Shown in pieces: positions 20,888 through 29,920 of a DNA stretch of 64,000 bases. A program made the translations under genes and the position numbers. Where the stretch lies: contig OY968769.1 of NCBI GenBank assembly GCA_963695345.1, positions 1,248,001 to 1,312,000 on the forward strand, in the 5' to 3' direction. Source of the DNA: an uncultured Methanomassiliicoccales archaeon (GTDB lineage: Archaea > Thermoplasmatota > Thermoplasmata > Methanomassiliicoccales > UBA472). Each line of letters begins with the position of its first letter. Positions within the stretch are counted from its first letter, which is position 1. The notes beneath the pieces were generated by a model. That model saw only the letters and a list, made by a program, of their open reading frames with translations, did no database searches and was not told the origin of the DNA.

Positions 20888-22132
20888 CTGACGGACAACG
20901 ATCTGCTGATCAAGGGAGTGAGAAGGCTGGAATGGGCCAACTCCCATATGCCAGTTCTTAGGGAGATAAGGGAGAGGCTGGTCAAGGAACAGACCCTTAA
21001 AGGGGTCAAGGTCGGCATGGCATTGCATGTTGAGGCCAAGACCGGAATGCTCGCCGTATCTCTTGCCCAGGCCGGAGCCAAGGTCAGGTTGGCCAGTTGC
21101 AATCCCCTTTCAACCGATGATTCGGTGGCGCTTGCCCTGCGGGAGAAGTTCGGCATAGAGACCTATGCCAAGAAGTGGGAATCGACCGAAGAATACTACC
21201 ACAACCTGAATGCTGTGCTGGACCTCGATCCGGACTTCGTCATAGATGACGGAGCGGACCTGATAACCATGCTTCACACCGAACGTCCAGATCAGTTGCC
21301 CCACGTAAAAGGAGCTAACGAGGAGACGACCACGGGAGTCATTCGGCTCAGGGCCATGGCCAAAGAGGGGAAACTGAAGTTCCCGGTCATATCTGTAAAC
21401 GATGCCCAGATGAAGTATCTTTTCGACAACCGATATGGAACGGGTCAGTCCACATTTGATGGCTGGATGAATGCCACCAACCTGTTGGTGGCGGGGAAAA
21501 ACTTGGTGGTTGCGGGCTACGGTTGGTGCGGGAAGGGGGTGGCCATGAGGGCCAAAGGACTGGGGGCCAACGTAATCGTCACCGAGGTCAACCCCATCCG
21601 GGCCATCGAGGCGAAGTTGGACGGATTCGCCGTCATGCCGATGGTGGAGGCGGCCAAACTCGCCGATATTATCATCACCGTCACCGGATGCAAGGACATC
21701 GTCGCCAGGGAGCACCTCGAGGTCATCAAGGACGGATGCGTGCTCGGCAACACCGGCCACTTCGACAACGAGATATCCAAACCCGCATTGGAGTCATACG
21801 GCTCAAGACCGGTCCGGGTCCGCGAGTTCGTGGACCAATACGACCTTCCTGGAAACCGAAAGGTCTACCTGATCGCCGAGGGAAGGCTGATGAACCTGGC
21901 GGCCGGTCAAGGTCACCCGGCCGAGATCATGGACATGAGCTTCTCCATCCAGGCACTGTCTTTGGAGCACCTGGTAAAGAATCATATGAAGCTGAAGGCC
22001 GAGGTATATAACGTCCCGCCGGAGATGGATGAAGAGGTCGCCAACATCAAGTTACGCACCATGGGCGTGGGGATCGACAAGCTCACACCGACCCAGAAGA
22101 AATATCTAGAGGCCTGGCAGGAAGGGACCTGA
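20888..22132 (+). CDS. ahcY: Adenosylhomocysteinase
   Basis: LHVEAKT, SCNPLST, DDGADL, EETTTG, FDNRYGTGQS, GYGWCGKG, GHPAEIMDMSF. Start is CTG at 20888 or GTG at 20918. Confidence 0.97.
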   Translation: MTDNDLLIKGVRRLEWANSHMPVLREIRERLVKEQTLKGVKVGMALHVEAKTGMLAVSLAQAGAKVRLASCNPLSTDDSVALALREKFGIETYAKKWESTEEYYHNLNAVLDLDPDFVIDDGADLITMLHTERPDQLPHVKGANEETTTGVIRLRAMAKEGKLKFPVISVNDAQMKYLFDNRYGTGQSTFDGWMNATNLLVAGKNLVVAGYGWCGKGVAMRAKGLGANVIVTEVNPIRAIEAKLDGFAVMPMVEAAKLADIIITVTGCKDIVAREHLEVIKDGCVLGNTGHFDNEISKPALESYGSRPVRVREFVDQYDLPGNRKVYLIAEGRLMNLAAGQGHPAEIMDMSFSIQALSLEHLVKNHMKLKAEVYNVPPEMDEEVANIKLRTMGVGIDKLTPTQKKYLEAWQEGT

Positions 22133-22134
22133 TC

Positions 22135-23046
22135 TTGCGGCCCTTCCTCTGTGTATATGGCCATACAAATCTGGACTTCATAATGTCACTGGATCAGTTC
22201 CCGGAAAAGAACACCTCCGTCGACGTGGTGGAGAAGCAGAGGTATTTCGGTGGCACTGGCGCTAACGTGGCCACGGTGGCGGCGTCGATTGGGGTACCAA
22301 CTGCGCTGGTGTCATATGTGGGCAAAGATATGCCCGCTGAGTTCAAGGGACTGATGGCCGGGAAAGGGGTGGACCTGAGGGACCTGGTGGAGGTGGAAGG
22401 ATATGAGACGTCCACAGTGTGGATCGTGTCCGACTCGCACCATAACCAGATCGCCTATGTCTACCAAGGGCCGATGCGGCACATGGAGGAGTTCGAGCTC
22501 AGGATGAATGCGGCGACCGAGGCTAAGTTCATCCACATCATGACCGGGCGTCCTGAGTATTATCTGCGTCTGATGAAGGAGTGCGTCAAATTAGGTAAGT
22601 CCATATCCTTCGATCCCGCCCAGGAGATCCATCACATATGGGCCGAGGACACGTTCAGGCAGGCCATGGGCATGTGTGATACGTTCTTCTGCAACGAGAA
22701 CGAGCTTAGAACCGCCATGAAATATCTCGAGGCGAAGCGTCCCGAGGACCTACTGGAGCACGTGGACGTCCTGTTCAACACGCTCGGCTCAAAAGGAAGC
22801 CGCATCTATACATCTGAAGGGGAAGTGGAGATACCGGCGGTCACCCCGGCGAAGATCGTCGACACTACTGGAGCTGGGGATGCGTTCCGAGCAGGTTACT
22901 TCGCAGGCCTCTACCGGCAATACTCCATTGCGGACAGTGCCCGATTCGGAGCCGCAGCCGCTTCTTTCGTGATCGAGGCCAGGGGATCGCTCACCAACAT
23001 CCCAGAATGGTCGCAGGTGTTGGAGCGGGTACGGTCTATGCCATGA
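22135..23046 (+). CDS. PfkB-family carbohydrate/nucleoside kinase
   Basis: FGGTGANVA, FDPAQ, NENE, DTTGAGDAFRAG; directly follows ahcY, which suggests adenosine salvage. Confidence 0.92.
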   Translation: MRPFLCVYGHTNLDFIMSLDQFPEKNTSVDVVEKQRYFGGTGANVATVAASIGVPTALVSYVGKDMPAEFKGLMAGKGVDLRDLVEVEGYETSTVWIVSDSHHNQIAYVYQGPMRHMEEFELRMNAATEAKFIHIMTGRPEYYLRLMKECVKLGKSISFDPAQEIHHIWAEDTFRQAMGMCDTFFCNENELRTAMKYLEAKRPEDLLEHVDVLFNTLGSKGSRIYTSEGEVEIPAVTPAKIVDTTGAGDAFRAGYFAGLYRQYSIADSARFGAAAASFVIEARGSLTNIPEWSQVLERVRSMP

Positions 23047-23245
23047 ATCCTTGTCCGAACCATGTGGTCTGGCCTGTTCCGATTATTGTCTGGTTGCGTG
23101 CGTTCGGGGAAATGTTTAATAACACGGAAACCGTAAAGGGCCGCCAAGGTGAATGTATGGCATTGGGCTGGACATCGCAAAGCGAGCCTCCCAAGCAGTC
23201 GTCAACACCGATATCTCAGACATGAAATGAGAAGGGTGAGAAAAG

Positions 23246-23560
23246 ATGAATTTAATGGAATTCCTGACAGTACTTCTGCTGACTTTCGGCCTGTTCATGG
23301 TGCTCGCTGGTGCCTTCACAGCCTACTTTGGAAGCGGTAAGAGCAGGATCATCGGTGTTGTCCTACTAGTCGTTGGATTGGTGGTCGGCATCTTTTGGAT
23401 CTACGCGACAATGTATGGTGGGCCGAACCTGTTCAATCTAGACCTCAAGGTCTTCCACTTGAGCGACGTAGTCTGGACCGCCTTCATCAACATCATCGCC
23501 GCGGTCATCGGCGCGCTCATTGCGGTCGGTGTCTTCCTGCTCGCGATAATGAAGAGCTGA
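23246..23560 (+). CDS. Small 3-TM membrane protein
   Basis: AGAFTAYFGSGKSR...AIMKS; strong codon bias; GGTGA RBS. Confidence 0.8.
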   Translation: MNLMEFLTVLLLTFGLFMVLAGAFTAYFGSGKSRIIGVVLLVVGLVVGIFWIYATMYGGPNLFNLDLKVFHLSDVVWTAFINIIAAVIGALIAVGVFLLAIMKS

Positions 23561-23668
23561 ATCACAAAAATCCTTTCCGTAAATTCCTTTCATTTTTCTT
23601 TCATTTTTCTGTTTCTGACTGACTAGTTTCCGCATTCTTTATCGTCTTGGCGGTCACTATTGGCATTT

Positions 23669-24325
23669 GTGTGCGGCAGGTTTGCGCTGACCATAACGGC
23701 CAGGTTCTTCGAGCGTTTCGAGCTGCCGGAGAATGCGATAGCCTGCACCTCCCGTCTCAATATCTCTCCCGGACAAGTTGCCCCGGTCATCCTAGATCTC
23801 GAGGGAAGGAGGGTGGTCGAGATGCAATGGGGTCTCGTTCCAAGCTGGGCGAAGGATGTCAAGATCGGCGGAAAGATGTTCAACGCCCGGTCGGAAACGC
23901 TTGATGAAAAACCATCATTCCGCACATTGCTGAAAAGGAAACGTTGCCTAGTCCCCGCCTCCGGGTTCTATGAGTGGAAAAAGGAGGATGGTAAGGTACC
24001 CTATATGATCAGGATCAAGAACCAGGACTACTTCTCCATGGCCGGTCTCTACGACGTCTGGCAGGGAGGTGATGGGAGCGTGCTGTCCACATTCACGATC
24101 GTGACCACCGCGGCGGCCAAGGCCATGGCCGACCTCCATGACCGTATGCCTGCGATAGTCGCGCATGACCTGGAGGCGGAATGGATAGCCCCCGGTGAGC
24201 TGGACCCTTCCCTTGTCGGTGAGATACTCAGAACCTATCCCGGTTCCCTGTCAATCACACCCGCCCCGTCAGAGATGTACCGTCCGGAGCCGAAGGTGGC
24301 CCCAAACCAGCAAAGGCTGATTTAG
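23669..24325 (+). CDS. SOS response-associated peptidase (SRAP/HMCES/YedK family)
   Basis: GTG start gives M-CGRF (catalytic Cys2); WGLVPSW, FNARSET, RCLVPASGFYEW, HDRMP. Confidence 0.93.
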   Translation: MCGRFALTITARFFERFELPENAIACTSRLNISPGQVAPVILDLEGRRVVEMQWGLVPSWAKDVKIGGKMFNARSETLDEKPSFRTLLKRKRCLVPASGFYEWKKEDGKVPYMIRIKNQDYFSMAGLYDVWQGGDGSVLSTFTIVTTAAAKAMADLHDRMPAIVAHDLEAEWIAPGELDPSLVGEILRTYPGSLSITPAPSEMYRPEPKVAPNQQRLI

Positions 24326-24395
24326 TCACGGATCAGGCGAACCGAATTCTGTCGTACCGATACTTTTTAGAACAAGAAATCGGTCAGTCAACCCG

Positions 24396-24863
24396 ATGCC
24401 CGCTGTCCTCATCATCCTTGGTAGTAAGAGCGACCTTGAGATCGGCAAGAAGGCGCTTTCCTTGTTGCAGAAGTTCGGTGTCGGGTCCGAGATTACCGTG
24501 GCCTCCGCCCACAGAACTCCCGAACGCCTATGGAACCTGGTTCGGGAAAGCGATGCGAAGATATTCATCGCTGTGGCCGGGCTTTCGGCGGCCCTGCCCG
24601 GGGCCGTCGCCTCCCTCACCACCAGGCCAGTCATCGGTGTTCCGGTGAGCGGAGCGGTCAATCTCGATTCCATCCTCTCGATAGTCCAGATGCCTCCTGG
24701 GATACCCGTTGCCGCGGTCGGCCTGGACAGAGGCGATAACGCAGCCATACTGGCGGTCGAGATGCTGGCGCTGTCCGATCCCCATCTCGCCGCGGAACTG
24801 GAAAAGTACCGGAAGGAGATGGCGGAAAAGATCGAGAAGGACTCCAAAGAGGTGCAAGGCTGA
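24396..24863 (+). CDS. purE: N5-CAIR mutase / AIR carboxylase PurE
   Basis: ILGSKSD, SAHRTP, AGLSAALPG, PVIGVP, SIVQMPPGIPVA. Confidence 0.96.
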   Translation: MPAVLIILGSKSDLEIGKKALSLLQKFGVGSEITVASAHRTPERLWNLVRESDAKIFIAVAGLSAALPGAVASLTTRPVIGVPVSGAVNLDSILSIVQMPPGIPVAAVGLDRGDNAAILAVEMLALSDPHLAAELEKYRKEMAEKIEKDSKEVQG

Positions 24864-25810
24864 TGTTCAACCCCAAGGAATTCACTGAAGAGAAGATCGA
24901 AGAGCTGAAGACATCGATTAAGGGAAGGGCCATAATCGCCTGCTCCGGTGGCGTGGACAGCACAGCCGCCGCGGTACTGGTGTCAAGGGCCATCGGGGAC
25001 CGGCTACTGACCATCTATGTCAACAACGGGTTCATGAGGAAGGGAGAGACAGAGACGGTCGACAAGATGTTCTCCAAACTGAACATCAACTATCAGCTGA
25101 TCGACGCTTCCGATGAGTTCTTCGACGCCTTGAAGGGAATAACCGAGCCAGAAAGGAAAAGGAAGGTAATCGGAGAAAAGTTCATAAGGGTCTTCGAACG
25201 GGAGGCCAAGCAGTACAAGGCTGATTACCTGGTCCAGGGAACGATCGCACCTGACTGGATCGAATCTGGTGACCATCTCCGGGATACCATCAAGAGCCAC
25301 CATAATGTGGGGGGCCTGCCCGAGGACATGAAGCTGACCCTGATAGAGCCGCTCCGCGATCTCTACAAGGATGAAGTGAGGATACTGGCAAGGTACTTGG
25401 AGATCGAGGTCTCAGAGCGTCAGCCATTCCCCGGACCGGCCTTGGCCATCAGGGTGATCGGGGAACCGACCCGTGAGAACGTAGAGGTCGTGCGGGAGGC
25501 CTGCGCCATTGTCGAGGAAGAACTGGAGATCGCCGCCGCCAAGAAGATCATGAGCCTGCCTTGGCAGTACTTCGCGGTACTATTGCCGGTACAGTCGGTC
25601 GGGGTCCATGGGGACAGACGCGCCTACGGACGCACCATAGCAGTGAGGGCGGTGGAGTCGATCGACGGGATGTCGGCCGCTTATTCGCGCATTCCCCACG
25701 AGGTTCTGGAAAAGATATCCACGCGTATCACCAATGAGATGAAGGCAGAGGTGAACCGAGTGGTCTATGACATAACCAACAAACCTCCGGCAACGATCGA
25801 ATGGGAGTGA
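24863..25810 (+). CDS. guaAB: GMP synthase subunit B (ATP pyrophosphatase)
   Basis: SGGVDS, QGTIAPDWIES, IKSHHNVGG, PFPGP, KPPATIEWE. Confidence 0.96.
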   Translation: MFNPKEFTEEKIEELKTSIKGRAIIACSGGVDSTAAAVLVSRAIGDRLLTIYVNNGFMRKGETETVDKMFSKLNINYQLIDASDEFFDALKGITEPERKRKVIGEKFIRVFEREAKQYKADYLVQGTIAPDWIESGDHLRDTIKSHHNVGGLPEDMKLTLIEPLRDLYKDEVRILARYLEIEVSERQPFPGPALAIRVIGEPTRENVEVVREACAIVEEELEIAAAKKIMSLPWQYFAVLLPVQSVGVHGDRRAYGRTIAVRAVESIDGMSAAYSRIPHEVLEKISTRITNEMKAEVNRVVYDITNKPPATIEWE

Positions 25811-26542
25811 CTAGGCAGAGTCGATCTCTTCCAAGATAGCAGCAAGGTCCGACCACTGGTCGACATGGGCATCAGGGACGATGCTGTCATCGGGCAGATA
25901 GTAGTCCGATTTCTTCAGGACGGCGGTCATGCCCACCCCGAGGGCGCCTTTCACGTCGCATTGAAGGGAATTTCCCACGAACAGTGACTGGGTGGCATCC
26001 GCACCCAGGTTTGACAGCGCGATCTTGAACATCTTGGGGTGAGGTTTCCTCAGTCCCACGTCGGTCGAGAAGACCATGTCATCGAAGTAATCCGTGAGGT
26101 TGAAAAACTCCATATCTCTCTGAGGGTATTCGGAGGGCAGACCCCAGGCGACATCCGACACCAGTCCGATGGCGTACCCTTTTTCTCGGACCATTTCCAG
26201 CATATCTATGGTCCCGGGCACGAGATTCCTTTCATCGACCAGGACCTTGTAGAATATATCCATTCCTTCGACCAGCATTTCGTCGGTGACCTCGCAGCCA
26301 TGGCGTTGGAATACCGAGTCCAACACTTGGTACAGCGGGATCTCGACCAATTCCTTTTCCTTGCGGACCCTGCCCTCTAACAACATCCTCTTCAGGTCTG
26401 ACTGGAACCTATCCGGTTCCTCATCACAACCATTCTTAATGGCCAGCATATAGGCATTTTCGATCGCCTTGAGCTCGGGCACCTCCCAGTTGTGATAATA
26501 ATCGATAAGCGTGTGACCCAGGTCGAAAACCACAGCCTTCAT
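25811..26542 (-). CDS. HAD-superfamily hydrolase
   Basis: FDLGHTL motif I, LVSD, RKPHP, FVGNSLQCDVKGA. Confidence 0.88.
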   Translation of the reverse strand: MKAVVFDLGHTLIDYYHNWEVPELKAIENAYMLAIKNGCDEEPDRFQSDLKRMLLEGRVRKEKELVEIPLYQVLDSVFQRHGCEVTDEMLVEGMDIFYKVLVDERNLVPGTIDMLEMVREKGYAIGLVSDVAWGLPSEYPQRDMEFFNLTDYFDDMVFSTDVGLRKPHPKMFKIALSNLGADATQSLFVGNSLQCDVKGALGVGMTAVLKKSDYYLPDDSIVPDAHVDQWSDLAAILEEIDSA

Positions 26543-26663
26543 GGTCTGGCTCTAGCTCAATTTCGATTCTTAATACTTTTTCTAATTGCATCAGGTCATC
26601 TGACGAAGTTGCTGAGGCACGGTTCCATGGGAGGTTTCTTTAGGTCAGTGGTACAATGGCGGG

Positions 26664-26897
26664 GTGATGTATTCCTGCGGCCGTTGCGGAAAAAGCCTGA
26701 TCGACGTCGTCGACCTGCTGCTACTACTTCTGATGGCGGTGAACCTGGTCTTTACGGTCCTTATCGCGGCGATGGGAAGCTGGTTCGGGATAGGGAGCCT
26801 GTTCCTGGCATTCCTTTTCGGGGCTGGTTTCATAATACGGCGGAGAGAATGCCGGCCGTGCCGAGCAGAGGGTGCGGTCTCATCGACGCCCAAATGA
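26664..26897 (+). CDS. Small hypothetical membrane protein with a CxxC at each end
   Basis: CGRC-TM-TM-CRPC; GGGGTG upstream. Confidence 0.5.
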   Translation: MMYSCGRCGKSLIDVVDLLLLLLMAVNLVFTVLIAAMGSWFGIGSLFLAFLFGAGFIIRRRECRPCRAEGAVSSTPK

Positions 26898-26963
26898 GGC
26901 TCTGCGAAAGGGCAGGGGCACCGGACATCGCTTTTATTAATGACGTGCCCATTCCATCTCCCG

Positions 26964-27539
26964 ATGAAGGTTTACGTCATTGACAATGGGGGTCAATGGA
27001 CCCACAGAGAATGGAGGGTCCTAAAATACCTCAAGGTCGAGACGAAGATCCTACCGAACACCACTCCTTTCGACCAGATAGGCGACGTTGATGCGCTGGT
27101 CCTTTCCGGGGGCTCTCCGCATGTCGCCACCGACGACTGCCGCATGGGCAACAACGGCGATTACCTGGACCAGGCGGCGTTCCCGATTTTGGGCATATGC
27201 GCAGGGATGCAGTTCATGTGCACTCATTTCGGAGGGGCTACCGAGGCGGCCAACCAGGCGGAGTTCGGGAAGGCCGCCCTCTATGTCGAGAAGGAAGACG
27301 ATATCTTTGAGGGACTGCCAAGGCAGTTCAACGTCTGGGAGTCGCACAATGACGAGGTCAAGGTGCTGCCCCCCCAGTTCGATGTTCTCGCCCGAACCGA
27401 TGCGTGTCCTATCGAAGCGGTCAAGATGAGGGACCGCCCATTTTACGGCCTCCAGTTCCATCCCGAGGTTGAGAACACCGAACACGGAGAGGACATCTTC
27501 AAGAACTTCCTGAAGGTGGTTGAGCGCTGGCACCGCTGA
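26964..27539 (+). CDS. guaAA: GMP synthase subunit A (glutamine amidotransferase)
   Basis: IDNGGQWTHRE, LSGG, GICAG, SHNDE, QFHPEV. Confidence 0.96.
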   Translation: MKVYVIDNGGQWTHREWRVLKYLKVETKILPNTTPFDQIGDVDALVLSGGSPHVATDDCRMGNNGDYLDQAAFPILGICAGMQFMCTHFGGATEAANQAEFGKAALYVEKEDDIFEGLPRQFNVWESHNDEVKVLPPQFDVLARTDACPIEAVKMRDRPFYGLQFHPEVENTEHGEDIFKNFLKVVERWHR

Positions 27540-27751
27540 GTCCCGAAGAGATCAATGCGGTACGCAGGGCGATCGACGCCATGCGCAAGAAGGACATATT
27601 CGAGAAGGTGCTTGGCAAGGAGATGCGCCGGGCCGGGTTGGGGTATGATGCGTACGTTCGCATCATTAGTGACATCCGCGAACTGGCCCGACAGGAGCAG
27701 GTGGACCTGGTAAAGGCCGCCGGGACAATCCTGTCAAAGCAGCAGCAATAG
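27527..27751 (+). CDS. Small hypothetical protein (74 aa, CTG start), absent from the ORF track
   Basis: Manual translation (M)APLSPEEINAVRRAIDAMRKKDIFEKVLGKEMRRAGLGYDAYVRIISDIRELARQEQVDLVKAAGTILSKQQQ*; GAAGGTGG upstream; fills the gap after guaAA. Confidence 0.65.
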   Translation: MAPLSPEEINAVRRAIDAMRKKDIFEKVLGKEMRRAGLGYDAYVRIISDIRELARQEQVDLVKAAGTILSKQQQ

Positions 27752-28141
27752 AATGATTATTGCCATCACTATGATGGCCAGCGCTGCCGCGATGAGCGCC
27801 GTCTTCTTGTCGGACCCGAACAGGATAGGTATGGGGCCGATCAACACCACCCCGCCTACCTTGGAGCGGTCCGAATCTGATCCGACCTCTCTTCTCTCAG
27901 AATCGCCCGTTTCTATCGCATCAAGGTAATCTCTGTCGAACACGGGGCTGAACATCAGGAGCGTGATTCCGGCAAATATGGCCAGAAGCGGCAGCAATCC
28001 GATAATGTTGTCACTGGCAAATACTGGCACGATCACGATAAGATAGAACTGGATCAGCCCCTCATTGACCGACCAGATCAATGTCACTAGTCCAACAATG
28101 AGAAGGGCGATCCCCAAACCCCGCACCGTTGCAGAGCGCAT
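27734..28141 (-). CDS. DUF131-family membrane protein
   Basis: KVGGVVLIGPIPILFGSD signature. Confidence 0.85.
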   Translation of the reverse strand: MRSATVRGLGIALLIVGLVTLIWSVNEGLIQFYLIVIVPVFASDNIIGLLPLLAIFAGITLLMFSPVFDRDYLDAIETGDSERREVGSDSDRSKVGGVVLIGPIPILFGSDKKTALIAAALAIIVMAIIILLLLL

Positions 28142-28513
28142 CGCTTCGATAAACCCTTCCCCCATTCTTGAAATTTGTCAAGGTACGGAGAAGGGCCGGT
28201 AGGGCCGGCCGCATGGTGACTGGCGGAGACACCACAGATACCCGCAGCCTTAATGCCATGAAATCTTGCCAGGCGGATAGAGAATGGCCAGCATCCGGCG
28301 GGCGGACTCCTGACCAACAGCCGGGGAACGGCCCCCAAGTTCATGGAAGGGACAGAAGGGATATGGACCGCCAGTGAGATGATATGGTTTTTGCCACTCG
28401 ATCTTGCACACCTATTCCAGGATATTCTTGCGCGATCGGAAGGTCAGAGTGATGCCGTTTGTTGCACCAACGTATTTATGAGACAAGCATGATAAGGTGA
28501 GGTAGGTGTCCTT

Positions 28514-29452
28514 TTGACCTCGCTGAGGGCGGTTATCAGTGAGATACTTGAATCCCGGGATTTTCTGGTTTCTGAACGGGACGGTTTCCTCACGGGAAAG
28601 CGAAAGGACGTCGAGGTCGTCTTCCTGCTTTTGGTTGACAAGGACGAGAAAGCATTTTCTGACTTCATTGAACGATTCAAGGATTTCAAGGGAAAGCGGG
28701 TCATCGCCACCCTGCTGCCGCTTCCAGATGTGTTGATGTCCCGATTGGACGAACGTACGTTCGTATGGGACCGGGAGGCGATCGAACATGAGATCGGGCG
28801 GGTCCATATAGAGAAGATCGTGGGTGAGAAGGACCATGGTCTGATGGACGAGTTCGGGGCAGACGACTACCCGAAAATGGTCACCGCAGAAGATCTGGAT
28901 AAAGCCGCAGATCAGGACTTCGGTGAGAAGATTGTCAAGCCGATAGTCGATGTCGAAGACGTTAAGCAGATCGCGGCCCAGACGGTGGCGGGTTTCCGGC
29001 ACCGGTTGGAACTGGTCCCGCACTACGTTTTCAGCTACAAGGCTCCGCTCTACATCGACGACAACAAGCTCGGGGTGGAAACGGGGTTGCTGGCAGTGAA
29101 CGGGCTCACGCATAAGGTCGATACCTGGTCGACCGGTCTGGACATCGTCTTCTCCCTCGAAGTGACCCACAAGCGATTGGAGCCGCTCATCGACACCGAA
29201 GAGGCAAGGAACCTGGTCATGCAGGAGGTGGTGAGAAGACACACCTTCGAGCGGGACATCGTCAAGGAAGAGAATCACGTAACGATGACCGAAAAGAAGA
29301 CGGTCTCTCCCAAGGCCGACTCGATCGAGCTGTCGGATATGGGCATCTTCTATCTGCCCATATGGTGCATCGAGGGGGTCAAGGGCGTCATGATCCTTAA
29401 CGCCAGCACCGGAAAGATAATCTCAGAGGACTACTACCGCGAGCTGTCCTGA
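28514..29452 (+). CDS. Hypothetical protein: degenerate restriction-endonuclease-like N-terminus and two repeated C-terminal domains
   Basis: GAGGTAGG RBS and TTG start; internal repeat LVPHYVFSY..LAVNGLT / YLPIWCIE..ILNASTG. Confidence 0.7.
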   Translation: MTSLRAVISEILESRDFLVSERDGFLTGKRKDVEVVFLLLVDKDEKAFSDFIERFKDFKGKRVIATLLPLPDVLMSRLDERTFVWDREAIEHEIGRVHIEKIVGEKDHGLMDEFGADDYPKMVTAEDLDKAADQDFGEKIVKPIVDVEDVKQIAAQTVAGFRHRLELVPHYVFSYKAPLYIDDNKLGVETGLLAVNGLTHKVDTWSTGLDIVFSLEVTHKRLEPLIDTEEARNLVMQEVVRRHTFERDIVKEENHVTMTEKKTVSPKADSIELSDMGIFYLPIWCIEGVKGVMILNASTGKIISEDYYRELS

Positions 29453-29910
29453 TCTGAACGGGTCATCGAGCACATCCTGTTACGGATGTTCTTCCAGTGA
29501 CTTCCTTTCCAATAGAATTTGCCGCACGAACGGCATTGATAGAACTGTTCATTTGATCGCAGGGCACCTTCCGGCACACGCTCAGAGGCGGCATCTTTGC
29601 TCACGGTCATCAGTTCGCCGTTGCAGTTGGCGCACCTCGACAGATCCTCATCGAACGACAGCCCATAGGCCATCCATACCTGTCTTATCTGGTCGTCGAG
29701 CTCCCGGGCGTTGATGTAGAGGCCTCCGATATTTGCCCGTTCGGCCAGTTTCTTGTCCCGGGTAAGGAGGATCCTGCCTTCCAGTCTTGCCCGTTGCAGG
29801 ATGTTCGTGTCGCTGCTGTTCTTTTCGTACAGTGTATCGTAGCCCATCAATCGCAGCCAACGGGCCAACGATCCGAGCATCTCATCAGCCGAGAAACGTG
29901 GCCTGGTCAT
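29434..29910 (-). CDS. Mut7-C RNase domain protein (PIN-like plus zinc ribbon)
   Basis: DEMLGSLARWLRLMGYD, RILLTRD, SRCANCNG, CRSCGKFYWKGSH. Confidence 0.92.
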   Translation of the reverse strand: MTRPRFSADEMLGSLARWLRLMGYDTLYEKNSSDTNILQRARLEGRILLTRDKKLAERANIGGLYINARELDDQIRQVWMAYGLSFDEDLSRCANCNGELMTVSKDAASERVPEGALRSNEQFYQCRSCGKFYWKGSHWKNIRNRMCSMTRSDQDSSR

Positions 29911-29920
29911 GTCCGTCGGG

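Noticed and set aside
28170-28420. GC-rich intergenic stretch with an ACTGGCGG/CCGCCAGT inverted repeat as SRP or RNase P RNA
   Set aside because: No SRP helix-8 or RNase P P4 signature found, and the short ORFs on both strands look like noise. An 8-bp match is weak evidence.
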